Positions 1 through 9,901 are shown, numbered from the stretch's first letter. The stretch: 64,000 nucleotides of DNA from an uncultured archaeon (GCA_964644245.1 CAZXUR010000001.1:17047-81046), one strand, 5' to 3'. Notes: a model not told the origin generated them from the sequence alone. Program-made: numbers and translations.

Positions 1-50
1 CTAGGGGGTAAGACTAACTGTCAAGTCGTTTGATTAATATAGGTGTGATT

Positions 51-320
51 ATGGCGAGCAGAAGTCACGGTCTGAGGTCGAAAACCAGAAAGAAACTACG
101 TTCGAAGAAAAAGACAGGCATAACTCCCTACATGAGAGAGTTCAAGACGGGCGAAAAGGTCCATTTAGTAATAAATCCTGATTCTAGGAAGATACCTCAC
201 CCCAGATTCCACGGGAAAACCGGTAAAGTCGTGGAAAAGAGGGGAAACTCATACATGGTTTCCGTACAGAGAAAGAAAGTCCTGGTGAGACCAGAACACT
301 TGAAGAAGGTGACTGGATGA
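51..320 (+). CDS. rpl21e: 50S ribosomal protein L21e (eL21)
   Basis: ATG at 51 (the track ORF starts at an upstream TTG). SHGLRSKTRKKL...HPRFHGKTGKV matches eL21. Sits in the conserved archaeal L21e-RpoF-DUF655 arrangement. Confidence 0.9.
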   Translation: MASRSHGLRSKTRKKLRSKKKTGITPYMREFKTGEKVHLVINPDSRKIPHPRFHGKTGKVVEKRGNSYMVSVQRKKVLVRPEHLKKVTG

Positions 321-643
321 GAGTTATGGAAGAGCAGCCGGTCACAGAACCAGAGGCAAAGAAAATAATGCAGGACCGTGACAAAGAAGGTGAGATGGGT
401 TACGAGCAGAATCTGTGCCTGGATCACCTGAAGAAGGTGGTCAAACTCACACTCACCAAGACCAGGAAACTTGTCGGCGAACTGGAAGAGATAAAGATAC
501 TCAAGCCGCACCAGATTGTTTCTATAGTCTCCATACTGCCGGACACCAAGGAAGAGGTAAAGGCACTGTTCTCCAAGGAGACAACCAAACTCAAGAAGGA
601 AGAGATAGAGAACATAGCTTCTCTGTGCAAAAAGTACAAGTAA
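317..643 (+). CDS. rpoF: RNA polymerase subunit Rpo4/F (call mainly by synteny)
   Basis: ATGA overlap with rpl21e. A 108-aa helical acidic protein in the slot between L21e and DUF655 that Rpo4 usually occupies in archaea. Confidence 0.65.
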   Translation: MRVMEEQPVTEPEAKKIMQDRDKEGEMGYEQNLCLDHLKKVVKLTLTKTRKLVGELEEIKILKPHQIVSIVSILPDTKEEVKALFSKETTKLKKEEIENIASLCKKYK

Positions 644-652
644 GGGACCAAC

Positions 653-1210
653 ATGATAAAAGAGGAAGAAGCTATAGTATTGGACTATTTGCCCAACGGT
701 TACGCTGGCATGAGGAGGCCCGAGCCCGTCATACAAGCCGTAGGCAAGAAGTATTACATGCTGTTAGAACTGGTGCCCAAGGAGGATGCCAAGGTAAAGC
801 CGGGAGACACGGTCTACGTGGGCGAGAAGAAGAGGGACGTCGTACAGTACGTGAGGGGAACACTTGAACCGGACAAACTCACCAACTTCGCCTCTTCGGA
901 ACTGAAGGCAGTGATAACCGACATGGTCAAGGAAGACGAGAAACGGTTCATAAACTTCTTCAACAAGGCCGGACCCATAACCCCGCGTCTCCATCAATTG
1001 GAACTGCTCCCGGGATTTGGTAGGAAGCACCTGGGCGACCTGCTGGAGCAGAGGAGGGAAAAACCCTTCAAGTCATTCAAAGACCTAAAGGAGAGGGTGA
1101 AGCTCCTGCCCGACCCGGTCAAAGCCATAGTCAAGCGTATAGAGAAGGAACTGAGCGGAGAAGAGAAGTACCACATATTCGTTCCCAAGTCGAGCAAAGA
1201 CCGCCACTGA
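653..1210 (+). CDS. DUF655-family nucleic-acid-binding protein (OB + HhH)
   Basis: N-terminus AIVLDYLPNGY and a C-terminal helix-hairpin-helix LELLPGFGRKHLGDLLEQR. Conserved neighbour of rpoF. Confidence 0.75.
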   Translation: MIKEEEAIVLDYLPNGYAGMRRPEPVIQAVGKKYYMLLELVPKEDAKVKPGDTVYVGEKKRDVVQYVRGTLEPDKLTNFASSELKAVITDMVKEDEKRFINFFNKAGPITPRLHQLELLPGFGRKHLGDLLEQRREKPFKSFKDLKERVKLLPDPVKAIVKRIEKELSGEEKYHIFVPKSSKDRH

Positions 1211-1884
1211 TGATTATGATAGAATTTGTTGCTACCTCACACGTGTCTCCCGAGTCCATACGGGAGATTAAGAGGACTGTTGAGAAGGTAAAACCGGACT
1301 GCATAGCCATAGAACTGGACCCCAACCGTTTGCATGTCCTTCTCCAGGGAAAGAGAGGGGTCTCCAAGTCAATGGTCAGGGAATTCGGTATTAAGACTTA
1401 CTTGTTCGCAAAACTGAGTTCTGCCATACAGATGCACTTCGGCAGGAAGACCGGGGTGATGCCGGGGGAGGAAATGCTGTCTGCGGTAGAGGAGGCCAAG
1501 AAGAACCACATAGACTTGGCACTGATAGACCGGGACATACGACAGACGTTCTCCCGCCTTAAGACACTGGGTTTGAGGGAAAAACTGTCCATTTTCAAGG
1601 CCTTTTTAAAGGGTATGTTCAGACGGGAAGAAAAACTGGATATCACAAAACCCGACAAAAAAGCGGTTTTAAAGGCTCTAAACCAGTTGAAACAGGCCTC
1701 TCCACGACTCTTTTCGATTCTGGTAAGTGAGAGGGACAAACATATGGGGATAGCGCTCAACCAGCTGAAGAATCACTACCAGCGCATAGTGGTAGTGGTG
1801 GGAGCGGGCCACGAGCAGGGCATAAGGGAGGTCCTGGACGATTTGGAAGGTAAAGAAAAAGAGAGGATGAATTACATCGGCTAG
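1210..1884 (+). CDS. TraB/PrgY-family protein
   Basis: FVATSHVSPESI...CIAIELD...VVVVGAGHEQG pattern typical of the TraB family. Start overlaps the upstream stop. Confidence 0.7.
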   Translation: MIMIEFVATSHVSPESIREIKRTVEKVKPDCIAIELDPNRLHVLLQGKRGVSKSMVREFGIKTYLFAKLSSAIQMHFGRKTGVMPGEEMLSAVEEAKKNHIDLALIDRDIRQTFSRLKTLGLREKLSIFKAFLKGMFRREEKLDITKPDKKAVLKALNQLKQASPRLFSILVSERDKHMGIALNQLKNHYQRIVVVVGAGHEQGIREVLDDLEGKEKERMNYIG

Positions 1885-2327
1885 TCTTTCTCCAAGAGTA
1901 AGTACGTCTTTTTGTCAAGTTCCAGGGAGTCCACAGTCTTCAGAGAATAGTCGTGCACCAGCGTGTCCACCACCACGTCCAGTTCCTTTCCTGACCTGCC
2001 GTGCGGTTCCACCCTCATCAGGACTCTCCCGCCTTCCTTGAGAAGGGGCAGCAGACGCTCCAGTGCCTGAAAGGAGCGCATCACGTCTATGGAAAGGTTG
2101 TTTATTATGGAGTCGAACGGGCCCTTCTCGTCTATGGAATCGGTGATGGGATTGGCTTCAACTATCTTCAGGTTGTCTGTCCTGTAACCACCCGAATCCA
2201 CGCACACCCAAACCACCGACTTGAAGTTGTCGCAGGCAAGGGGCAGGAGTTCGTCCCTCCCCATGTAAAGCACGTCCTCTGTCTTGGAGAAGAACCTGAA
2301 AAGTTCGGTCAGGGATTCTATTTCCAT
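1881..2327 (-). CDS. hypothetical protein, degenerate class-I methyltransferase-like
   Basis: Strand order resembles a Rossmann MTase (VLYMGRDE, VCVDSG, FDSIINN, LLKEGGRVLM), but the GxGxG SAM motif is missing. Confidence 0.4.
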   Translation of the reverse strand: MEIESLTELFRFFSKTEDVLYMGRDELLPLACDNFKSVVWVCVDSGGYRTDNLKIVEANPITDSIDEKGPFDSIINNLSIDVMRSFQALERLLPLLKEGGRVLMRVEPHGRSGKELDVVVDTLVHDYSLKTVDSLELDKKTYLLLEKD

Positions 2328-2358
2328 AATCTACCTATTGTCGCAAGAGTTAAAATAC

Positions 2359-3600
2359 TTAAGGAATCAGCGTCAGTAGGGGGGCGAATATTGTGTTCAG
2401 CAAAAAGAAGATTATCACTGCGAAGAATATCAGTGCTATAGGTGTGACCACCGAGAGCAACAACCGGAAAAACTTTCCCACCGGTCCTTTGCAACTGTCC
2501 CTTACAGCCCTGGCCATCAGTCCGCCGTCCAAGGGGACCACCGGAAGCAGGTTTATCAGCCCCACGAAGAACGAGAACATGTACACCAAGAAGAATATTT
2601 CAGACAGCTCCTCTCCTGCAGCCAGCAAACCCATGGACACACCACCGTAGGAGCCTCTGGGCTTGTAATTGGTCCTGAAAGGCGCGGCTATGCCCAGGAA
2701 AGACGCGGATGAATTGTCGGGGCTCTGTGCCAAAGTGACTTTGTAAACACCTTGTGTGGTCATCACTTCCACCTGGTCTCCGGGCTGGTAGTTTGACATG
2801 GCACGGGAGATGTCTCCCACCGTCCTCACCTGATAGTCCCCTATCTCAGTTATGGCACCCAGCATTTCTGCTCTCTCTGCCGGGTATGTTTCACCGGTTA
2901 CGTAACTGCCGAAGTAGACTCCCGAAGGTTCGACCATCTGGCTGTCGACTGCATAGGAATGTCCGGCTGTCAACGCCTGACTGAATCCCAAAAAAAGACC
3001 GAGGAAAAGAAGGAACACCAGCAGGTTGGCAAAGGAACCGGCTGAGAACACTCTGAGCTTTGTCTTTAGGCTGGACTTCTTCAACTGCTTTTCATCCGGC
3101 TCCACGAAGGCAACTGGTATGAAGAACAGGAACAGTCCCCAGCCCAGACTCTTTATGTTTATCTTACTGACTCTGGCCATGATTCCGTGGAAGAACTCGT
3201 GGGGTATTACTATCAGTGAAATAGCGATCAGCCACCGGTACCAGGGGATGAATATGGCACCCGGCACCACCACTGTCTGGGTGGCGTATGTAGGAAGTAC
3301 TATCGAACCAGGCGGAGTGACTACCTGTCCCGACACCAGTGAGACCAGCATGTTGTAGAAGAAGGAAACCACTCCGTAAGTGATGACTGCCATGCCCAGG
3401 AAACCTATTCCTATGCCCAGGTAGGACAGCCACTTCCAAAACGTCTTTGGCTTGGCCAAACGGTCTATCAACTTCTTCCCTCTCTTGGTCCTCCTCATCA
3501 GTGCGATTCCCTGAAACTCTATCTTCTTCCTTTCCCGGTAGATGAACAGGCCTACAACTACCAGAAACAACAGGAAAGAAAGCATGTCAACGCCAATCAT
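2359..3600 (-). CDS. site-2 protease, peptidase M50 with inserted PDZ-like region
   Basis: HEFFHG zinc motif, NLLPVVPLDGG motif, multiple TM segments. Confidence 0.85.
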   Translation of the reverse strand: MIGVDMLSFLLFLVVVGLFIYRERKKIEFQGIALMRRTKRGKKLIDRLAKPKTFWKWLSYLGIGIGFLGMAVITYGVVSFFYNMLVSLVSGQVVTPPGSIVLPTYATQTVVVPGAIFIPWYRWLIAISLIVIPHEFFHGIMARVSKINIKSLGWGLFLFFIPVAFVEPDEKQLKKSSLKTKLRVFSAGSFANLLVFLLFLGLFLGFSQALTAGHSYAVDSQMVEPSGVYFGSYVTGETYPAERAEMLGAITEIGDYQVRTVGDISRAMSNYQPGDQVEVMTTQGVYKVTLAQSPDNSSASFLGIAAPFRTNYKPRGSYGGVSMGLLAAGEELSEIFFLVYMFSFFVGLINLLPVVPLDGGLMARAVRDSCKGPVGKFFRLLLSVVTPIALIFFAVIIFFLLNTIFAPLLTLIP

Positions 3601-3621
3601 AGTATTAAATTGGAAGGGTGA

Positions 3622-3629
3622 TTTATATA
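3622..3629. promoter_or_regulatory. TATA-like box in a divergent intergenic region
   Basis: tttatata lies about 25 nt upstream of the minus-strand M50 ATG (3600). A second box, ttaaataa (3653-3660), lies about 25 nt upstream of the lysK ATG (3681). This suggests leaderless transcripts. Confidence 0.45.
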
Positions 3630-3680
3630 GATGTCCGCGCTTTTTGCAAACCTTAAATAAATGGCGCTTAATTAATTTTC

Positions 3681-5222
3681 ATGGGAAAAAAGTCTTTGTT
3701 CTGGGCGGACCAGCTGGCCAGGAAAATCGTAGACAGGGATAATAAGAAGAAATACGTGTGTGCGGCAGGCATCACCCCTTCCGGAGTGGTGCATATAGGC
3801 AATTTCCGTGAGATAATAACTGTAGACCTGGTGGTTAAAGCGCTGGAGTCATTGGGAAAAAAAGTAAGGTTTATCTACTCCTGGGACGATTTCGACCGGC
3901 TGAGAAAAGTGCCTGCAGACGTGCCCAAGTCATGGAAGAAGTACTTGGGGATGCCAGTGTCCAAGGTCCCGGACCCCTGGAAGTGTCATGAGTCCTATGC
4001 CCGTCACTTCGAGGACGAAGTGGAAAAGGCTGTGAAGGACTTGTGGATAGAACCCGAATTCATACGACAGTCCAAGATGTACCGTGACTGCAAGTATTCA
4101 AAGGGAATAAAAAAAGCAATAGACAACAGGAAGGAGATAAAGAAGGTACTAGACAAGTATAGGAAGGAACCACTTGATCAGGACTGGTATCCGATGACCG
4201 TGTACTGCGAAGAGTGTTGGAAGGACACCACAAAAATCATCTCAGTGGACGGCTACAAACTGTCCTACAAGTGCAAGTGCGGAAACGAGCGGGAGATAGA
4301 CTTCAGGGAAGAAGGGATTGTGAAACTGAAATGGAGAGTGGACTGGCCAATGCGCTGGTGCTATGAAGGGGTAGACTTTGAACCAGGAGGAAAAGAGCAC
4401 TCCACCCCCGGAGGTTCCAGAACCACAGCTTCTACAATCGTCAAGAAGATATACGGCCAGAAGCCGCCGGTCTACAAGATGTACGATTTTATAACCTTAA
4501 AAGAAGGTGGAGGAAAAATGTCCAGTTCCAAAGGCAATGTGCCCAGGATATCAGAAGCGCTGGAGGTTTACACACCTTCGCTTCTTAGATACCTGTTTGC
4601 TAGAACCAAACCCAACAAGGAGTTTGCCATATCTTTCGACCAGGACGTGCTGACTGCCTACGAGGAATTCGACATATATGAGCGCGTCCATTACGGTAAG
4701 GAAAAGGAAATTAATCGCAAGAAAAAAGCACAGATGAGCCGGGTCTACGAACTCTCCCAGATAGACCATCCCAAGTCGTCTCCCTCCCAGCCTTCATTCA
4801 AGCACCTGGCAACCATGGTCCAGATATACAGGAGTTTCGCCAAACTAAAGAAACACTTCAAGACGAAGACTAAATTCGACTCGCGCAGGCTGAAGTCGCG
4901 CTCCCAGAGAGCGAAGAAATGGGTCAAGGAACACGCGCCAGAGAGGTACAGGTTCGAGATACAGAAGAAGCCCAAGAAGGTACCCAAGAACATGAGACCT
5001 GTAGTAAGGGACTTGATAGAAGAACTGAAGAAGGAACAGACCGAGGACCAACTCTACAAACGCTTCTTCCAGATATGTAAGGACAGGGACGTCTCTCCCA
5101 AGAAGTTCTTCAAAGCCGTTTACAAAGCGCTCATAGGCAAGTCCTACGGACCCAGACTGGCTCCGTTCGTGAAGGCCTTGGGACAGAAGAAGGTCGCATC
5201 CATACTTAAAAAGGCGGTATGA
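3681..5222 (+). CDS. lysK: lysyl-tRNA synthetase, class I
   Basis: PSGVVHIGNFRE (HIGH-type) and KMSSSKG (KMSKS-type) motifs; 513 aa. Confidence 0.92.
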   Translation: MGKKSLFWADQLARKIVDRDNKKKYVCAAGITPSGVVHIGNFREIITVDLVVKALESLGKKVRFIYSWDDFDRLRKVPADVPKSWKKYLGMPVSKVPDPWKCHESYARHFEDEVEKAVKDLWIEPEFIRQSKMYRDCKYSKGIKKAIDNRKEIKKVLDKYRKEPLDQDWYPMTVYCEECWKDTTKIISVDGYKLSYKCKCGNEREIDFREEGIVKLKWRVDWPMRWCYEGVDFEPGGKEHSTPGGSRTTASTIVKKIYGQKPPVYKMYDFITLKEGGGKMSSSKGNVPRISEALEVYTPSLLRYLFARTKPNKEFAISFDQDVLTAYEEFDIYERVHYGKEKEINRKKKAQMSRVYELSQIDHPKSSPSQPSFKHLATMVQIYRSFAKLKKHFKTKTKFDSRRLKSRSQRAKKWVKEHAPERYRFEIQKKPKKVPKNMRPVVRDLIEELKKEQTEDQLYKRFFQICKDRDVSPKKFFKAVYKALIGKSYGPRLAPFVKALGQKKVASILKKAV

Positions 5223-5584
5223 TGGAAGCGGCAGTAATACTGTTCTCCATGTTCCTGGGGATTTTGGTTGCCTCGCTGCCCCTCTATCTGGCCCTTAAGT
5301 CGCTGGGCGTGGGCAGGACCATAACCAAGGTCATACTCGTGAACCTGTTGTCTGGTATGGCGGTCTCCATGTTAGGCCTTGCACTGGGACGCTTGACACT
5401 GGGCAACTGGTACTTCTATCTGTTCGTGGTGCTCCTGGTCTACAAAGGAGTGCTGGAAATATCATGGCCCAAGGCACTGGTGGCCTGGCTGCTGACCGGA
5501 ATAGTTTCAATCATCTTCGTCCTTCTGTTCCTGTCACTGGGGCTGGGAGTACTGGCGAGTCTCTCACTGCCTGCAGTCGGATGA
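5219..5584 (+). CDS. membrane protein (4 predicted TM)
   Basis: Start overlaps the lysK stop (ATGATGG). Uniformly hydrophobic 121 aa. Confidence 0.5.
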   Translation: MMEAAVILFSMFLGILVASLPLYLALKSLGVGRTITKVILVNLLSGMAVSMLGLALGRLTLGNWYFYLFVVLLVYKGVLEISWPKALVAWLLTGIVSIIFVLLFLSLGLGVLASLSLPAVG

Positions 5585-5860
5585 GCGGTTGTCAATCCTC
5601 ACCGGATTGAAGTCTTCGAGGGATTCCACAAACTGGTCGATTTTTTGGTTATCCGAATCAAAAGATTCCTTGGCTTCTTTGTACCTTCCCCCATTGTAAA
5701 GAGGTTCAGAACCAGAAATGTCAAGAATTAATGCTTCTATTCTCCTTCTTTCCCTGGGTGAAGACCCGTGATAAATGTTCCTGAGTTCTTTCAGCTTCAA
5801 GTCACGCTTCTTTTTTGAAAAGATGGACCCAAACTTGAACCAATACTTTAGGAGTTCCAT
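5564..5860 (-). CDS. hypothetical protein
   Basis: ATG at 5860, just after the stop of the Mut7-C gene. No recognisable motif. Confidence 0.4.
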   Translation of the reverse strand: MELLKYWFKFGSIFSKKKRDLKLKELRNIYHGSSPRERRRIEALILDISGSEPLYNGGRYKEAKESFDSDNQKIDQFVESLEDFNPVRIDNRSSDCRQ

Positions 5861-5864
5861 GAAA

Positions 5865-6296
5865 CTAGTTGTCAGAAATATTTTTAAGTCTCTTCCGTAT
5901 GCCTTTCCAGTGTGTGCCTTCCCAGTAGTACTTTCCACACTCTTCGCATTCCCAAAACCGGTCCTGTTTTCTCAGGACTTTCTCGGGAACTTTTCCCTCT
6001 GCACCTTCTTTGTCCGCCTCTTCCAAGAGTCCGTTGCACAAGGGGCACCTTTTCCTGTCCGGTTTCGGCTCCATGTCCAATTCCTCTACCAGTTCTTCCA
6101 GCTGCCCGTCCAGGTCCAAAGACTCGAGGATGACAGTATTCCTGGTCTCCAGGTCACGGTCCCTGGTGAGTACGGTCCTCTTTGTCGAAAGCCGCTTCAA
6201 CTTACGGTCTTTGCCCTCGGTTATGGTATCGTAACCCATAATCCTCAGCCAACGGCAGAGTTTTCCCAACATCAGGTCACAAACGAATTTCTTCAT
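5865..6296 (-). CDS. Mut7-C (DUF82) PIN-like RNase with C-terminal zinc ribbon
   Basis: N-terminus FVCDLMLGKLCRWLRIMGYD and C-terminus CPLCNG...CEECGKYYWEGTHW, typical of the Mut7-C RNase domain. Confidence 0.75.
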   Translation of the reverse strand: MKKFVCDLMLGKLCRWLRIMGYDTITEGKDRKLKRLSTKRTVLTRDRDLETRNTVILESLDLDGQLEELVEELDMEPKPDRKRCPLCNGLLEEADKEGAEGKVPEKVLRKQDRFWECEECGKYYWEGTHWKGIRKRLKNISDN

Positions 6297-6324
6297 GATA
6301 AGACTTAGACCATATTCTTAAAAA

Positions 6325-6495
6325 TCAACCCATAAACTGTCCCACGATTTCAAGCATCCCCAGAAACTTGAGTATTAGTAGGAGGACAGCCATGAGTATG
6401 GCAGTGTAAATGACGTTCTTGATTATCTTGAAAACGATTATGACCAGTGCCACTATGGCAACTATGACCACCGGGTCGGTCAGGTTGAAGGGCAT
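6325..6495 (-). CDS. small membrane protein (56 aa, below the ORF-track cutoff)
   Basis: Hand translation: MPFNLTDPVVIVAIVALVIIVFKIIKNVIYTAILMAVLLLILKFLGMLEIVGQFMG, two TM helices. Fills the gap after the pilin-like gene. Confidence 0.35.
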   Translation of the reverse strand: MPFNLTDPVVIVAIVALVIIVFKIIKNVIYTAILMAVLLLILKFLGMLEIVGQFMG

Positions 6496-6525
6496 AAGAA
6501 TATTTGGCGTATGAATATAAATAAA

Positions 6526-7596
6526 TTATACGACCCTTATCCAGAAGGGTAGTATGCCTCCTGAAGTACAGTAATCCTCCACCAGTACCCAGATTCTGAA
6601 CGACCCTCCGGCCACGTACGATTCGGATTGGGTGAGGTCCACTGGAGGTATGCACCAGCCGTCGCTCGGCTCGCACCCTCCACAACGCCTTATGACTTCC
6701 TCGTCGATTATGCCTGCAGTGCCTCCCATGCTGATAAGAGAATCGTTGACATAGAAGTAGAAGTCGTCGTTTATGCATATGTAGTCGTCCCGGTCCTCGT
6801 ATGTGGCGTTCCCCGACAAATACAGATGGTGCCCGACTACTGGCGTTTCCGTGGTCACGTCAGCGGTGAACCATCCGTTGGCCAGCCAGGGCGCTTCCTT
6901 CTTGCAGTAAACGGTCTCAAAACCCTCGCCAGTTATACCAGAGGTGTCGCATCCACCGGGCAGGTTCCATGTCTCATACCCAGAGGCAAGGACCAATCCG
7001 CTGGTGTCTTCTGGCGGAACTGCCGGACATTCACCGTCGTAAGAGCCTATGTAGTCGCCGTTGGCAGGCTTCAACACACTTCCTCCAAAGTCAGTCCTCC
7101 TCCACTCGGAGATGGTGTAAACGTGGTCCAAATTTTCGTATCGGCCCCACACCTTCCCGTGTGCGACCCTTGACATTCCGGACCTGGAGACATATGTAAT
7201 CCTGACGTCAAAGTTGTAACAGTTTCCGGACCTCAGGACGCAGTCGTCGCTTATAACACCACCCAACAAGTACTTGTCCTGGAATTTGACCGACTCGCCA
7301 ACCAGACGTGGTGGGCTTTCACCACAAAACATGTCACCCATGTAGAGCTTGACCTGTTTTACTTTCAAATCTTCGGATGGCATCAAATATATGTAGAAAG
7401 AATTAGCAACGGTCGGAGAATCAGAACCGATGGCGCCATGGTCCTTTAGCAGAAACTTGTCCGGGTGTGTCTGTCCCTTCTTTATCAAACAAGTGCTGAA
7501 TATTCCCATTGAAGAGAGGCTTAAGACCACCAGGAAAATCACCAGTACGGAAAACATGTATGTGAGAAGGTACTCGCTGGAAGCCTGGCTTTTCAT
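6526..7596 (-). CDS. secreted Cys-rich protein with archaeal type IV pilin-like (class III) signal peptide
   Basis: Internal ATG at 7596 gives MKS-QASSEYLLTYMFSVLVIFLVVL (QxSxEYLL pilin-type N-terminus). The rest is a large Cys/Gly/Asp-rich ectodomain. Confidence 0.6.
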   Translation of the reverse strand: MKSQASSEYLLTYMFSVLVIFLVVLSLSSMGIFSTCLIKKGQTHPDKFLLKDHGAIGSDSPTVANSFYIYLMPSEDLKVKQVKLYMGDMFCGESPPRLVGESVKFQDKYLLGGVISDDCVLRSGNCYNFDVRITYVSRSGMSRVAHGKVWGRYENLDHVYTISEWRRTDFGGSVLKPANGDYIGSYDGECPAVPPEDTSGLVLASGYETWNLPGGCDTSGITGEGFETVYCKKEAPWLANGWFTADVTTETPVVGHHLYLSGNATYEDRDDYICINDDFYFYVNDSLISMGGTAGIIDEEVIRRCGGCEPSDGWCIPPVDLTQSESYVAGGSFRIWVLVEDYCTSGGILPFWIRVV

Positions 7597-7627
7597 ACAT
7601 AAAACTTGCCGGAGTCCAATAAAAAGA

Positions 7628-9901
7628 TTATTTTTTCTCCAATTTGGCGACCTGCAACTTGGTTTCAAGAGCCACGTCCGGGTTAACCGATATGGAGTCT
7701 ATTCCTTGTTCTACGAGAAACTCCACGAACTTAGGGAAGTCAGACGGAGCCTGACCGCATATTCCCACCTTTTTCTTGTACTCCTTGGCAGTCCTGAGAA
7801 GAACTTGTATCAGCCGCTTGACCGATTCGTCTCTCTCGTCGTATATGTCTGCCACCAGTTCCGAGTCCCTGTCCAAGCCGAGAGTCAGCTGTGTCAAGTC
7901 ATTGCTCCCTATGGAAAAACCGTCGAAATGTTTCGAGAACTTGTCTGCCAGTACTATGTTGGAGGGAACTTCGGCCATCACGTATATGTCCAGGTACTTG
8001 CCCCTTCTCAGACCCTCTTCCCTCATGGTCTTCAGCACCTGCTTGGCTTCTTCCACGGTCCTGCAGAAAGGAATCATCAGAGAGAGGTTCTTCAGGCCCA
8101 TCTCCTTCCTCACCTTCTTCATGGCTCTGCACTCCAGCCGGAAGGCCTCCTGGAACTTGTCGTCCGTATACCTGCTGGCACCTCTCCAGCCGAGCATGGG
8201 GTTTTCTTCCTGCGGCTCGAAGTCCTTTCCTCCCTTGAGGTTTGCATACTCGTTGGACTTGAAGTCTGAAAATCGCACTATGACTTCCCTGGGGTAAAAG
8301 GCAGCAGCTATCTTCCCCACTCCCTGCGCTAACTTGTCCACGTAAATATGTCCCCGATTGTTCTTTATGGCCTCCAGGGGATGCTCACCTATGTGGGTGG
8401 CAATGATGAACTCAATCCTGGCCAGTCCCACACCGTCCACAGGCATCGAAGCCAAATCAAACACCTGTTCGGGCGCTCCCACGTTCATGAGCACTTTGGT
8501 CCTGGTGTCAGGAACCTGTTTGACCTTTTTCTTCTTGACCTCGAATTCCAGTTCCCCTTTCCACACACGGCCCCGGTCAGCAGTGCAGTCCACAGTCACT
8601 TTATCACCGGTCTTCAGTTTCTTGGAAGCGTTGACGGTCCCCACTATGGCAGGGATTCCCAGCTCTCTAGAGACTATGGCGCAGTGGCTGGTGCGACCTC
8701 CTTTGTTGGTTATGATGGCAGAGGCTATTTTCATGATGGGCTCCCAGTCCGGGTCGGTCATGCCGGTCACAAGCACCTCGCCCGGATTGAAATTGTGCAT
8801 ACCTTCTGCCGATTCGATGACCCTGACTTTTCCCGAGGCGATTTTCCTACCTATGGCGTCTCCCCGTAGAAGGACGTCCGACTCCTCCTTCAACTTGTAA
8901 CTTTCTATGACTCCCCTTTCCTTCACCGAGTGGACGGTCTCCGGCCTTGCCTGCAGTATGTAAAGGCCTTTCTTGTCTTTGGCCCACTCGATATCCATGG
9001 GCCTGCCGTAGTGCTCCTCTATATCCAGACAGTACTTTGCAAGGTCCTTTATCTCCTCTTCTGTTAACACCGGCTTCTCACGCCTGGTTTTGGGAACTTT
9101 TTTCTTCTTGTTGCCCTTACTGGTCTTGACCATCTCTATCCTTTTATCGCTTATCTTCTTCTCAATGATGCTATTGGTGGGCTTGAACACCAAATACTGG
9201 TCGGGTATGACTTCCCCCTGTACTACCAGTTCGCCCAGGCCCCAGGACCCGTTGATGTGAACCAAATTCTCGAAACCCGACTCAGGCTCTATGGTGAATG
9301 CCACTCCGGCTGCCTTGGAATTGACCATCTGCTGCACGCCGACTGAAAGGAACACCTTGAAATGGGAGAATCCCTTGTCCACCCTGTAGGAAATGGCACG
9401 GTTGGTGAATAAAGACGCGAAACAATTCTTCACAGACTCTATCAAATCCTCTTTTCCTCTGACGTTCAGATAGGTCTCTTGCTGCCCGGCGAAAGACGCG
9501 TCAGGAAGATCCTCGGCAGTCGCGGACGACCTCACCGCCACCCTGACATGTTTCTTCCCTGCCTTCTTGCACAACTTCCGGTAGTAAGAATTGATTTCCT
9601 CCTTCAAATCCTCTGGCATCTCCCCGCCTCTTATGGCCTGGCGAATCTTCTTCCCCCTCCTTGCCAGGTCCCTGGTATTGTGGGTGTCCAGATTCTTCAA
9701 GTTTTTTCTTATAAACGATTGCAACCGGTTCTCCTTTATGTAGTGTCTGTAGGCCTCAGAAGTGACTGCAAAACCCGGTGGTATGGGCACGTTTACCTTT
9801 TGTATCATCTCACCGAGAGAAGCGTTCTTCCCACCGACCAGAGGAACGTCCTTGTTAGTGACTTCTTTAAACCATTTCAAATACGGTTTATGTCTTGGCA
9901 T
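7628..9901 (-). CDS. ppsA: phosphoenolpyruvate synthase (pyruvate, water dikinase)
   Basis: VPLVGGKNASLGEM ATP-grasp N-terminus, GGRTSHCAIVSRELGIP phospho-His swivel, C-terminal PEP-utilising TIM domain; 757 aa. Confidence 0.95.
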   Translation of the reverse strand: MPRHKPYLKWFKEVTNKDVPLVGGKNASLGEMIQKVNVPIPPGFAVTSEAYRHYIKENRLQSFIRKNLKNLDTHNTRDLARRGKKIRQAIRGGEMPEDLKEEINSYYRKLCKKAGKKHVRVAVRSSATAEDLPDASFAGQQETYLNVRGKEDLIESVKNCFASLFTNRAISYRVDKGFSHFKVFLSVGVQQMVNSKAAGVAFTIEPESGFENLVHINGSWGLGELVVQGEVIPDQYLVFKPTNSIIEKKISDKRIEMVKTSKGNKKKKVPKTRREKPVLTEEEIKDLAKYCLDIEEHYGRPMDIEWAKDKKGLYILQARPETVHSVKERGVIESYKLKEESDVLLRGDAIGRKIASGKVRVIESAEGMHNFNPGEVLVTGMTDPDWEPIMKIASAIITNKGGRTSHCAIVSRELGIPAIVGTVNASKKLKTGDKVTVDCTADRGRVWKGELEFEVKKKKVKQVPDTRTKVLMNVGAPEQVFDLASMPVDGVGLARIEFIIATHIGEHPLEAIKNNRGHIYVDKLAQGVGKIAAAFYPREVIVRFSDFKSNEYANLKGGKDFEPQEENPMLGWRGASRYTDDKFQEAFRLECRAMKKVRKEMGLKNLSLMIPFCRTVEEAKQVLKTMREEGLRRGKYLDIYVMAEVPSNIVLADKFSKHFDGFSIGSNDLTQLTLGLDRDSELVADIYDERDESVKRLIQVLLRTAKEYKKKVGICGQAPSDFPKFVEFLVEQGIDSISVNPDVALETKLQVAKLEKK

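Noticed and set aside
6350-6778. 142-aa minus-strand ORF
   Set aside because: It overlaps the 3' end of the pilin-like gene in another frame and has an Arg/His-rich composition. A 56-aa TM ORF (6325-6495) explains the non-overlapping part better.
6526-7596. Diversity-generating retroelement target gene
   Set aside because: There is no reverse transcriptase and no template/variable repeat pair anywhere in the window.
7430-9129. Several 60-280-aa plus-strand ORFs
   Set aside because: All lie antisense inside the well-supported ppsA gene. Their sequences have no domain features.
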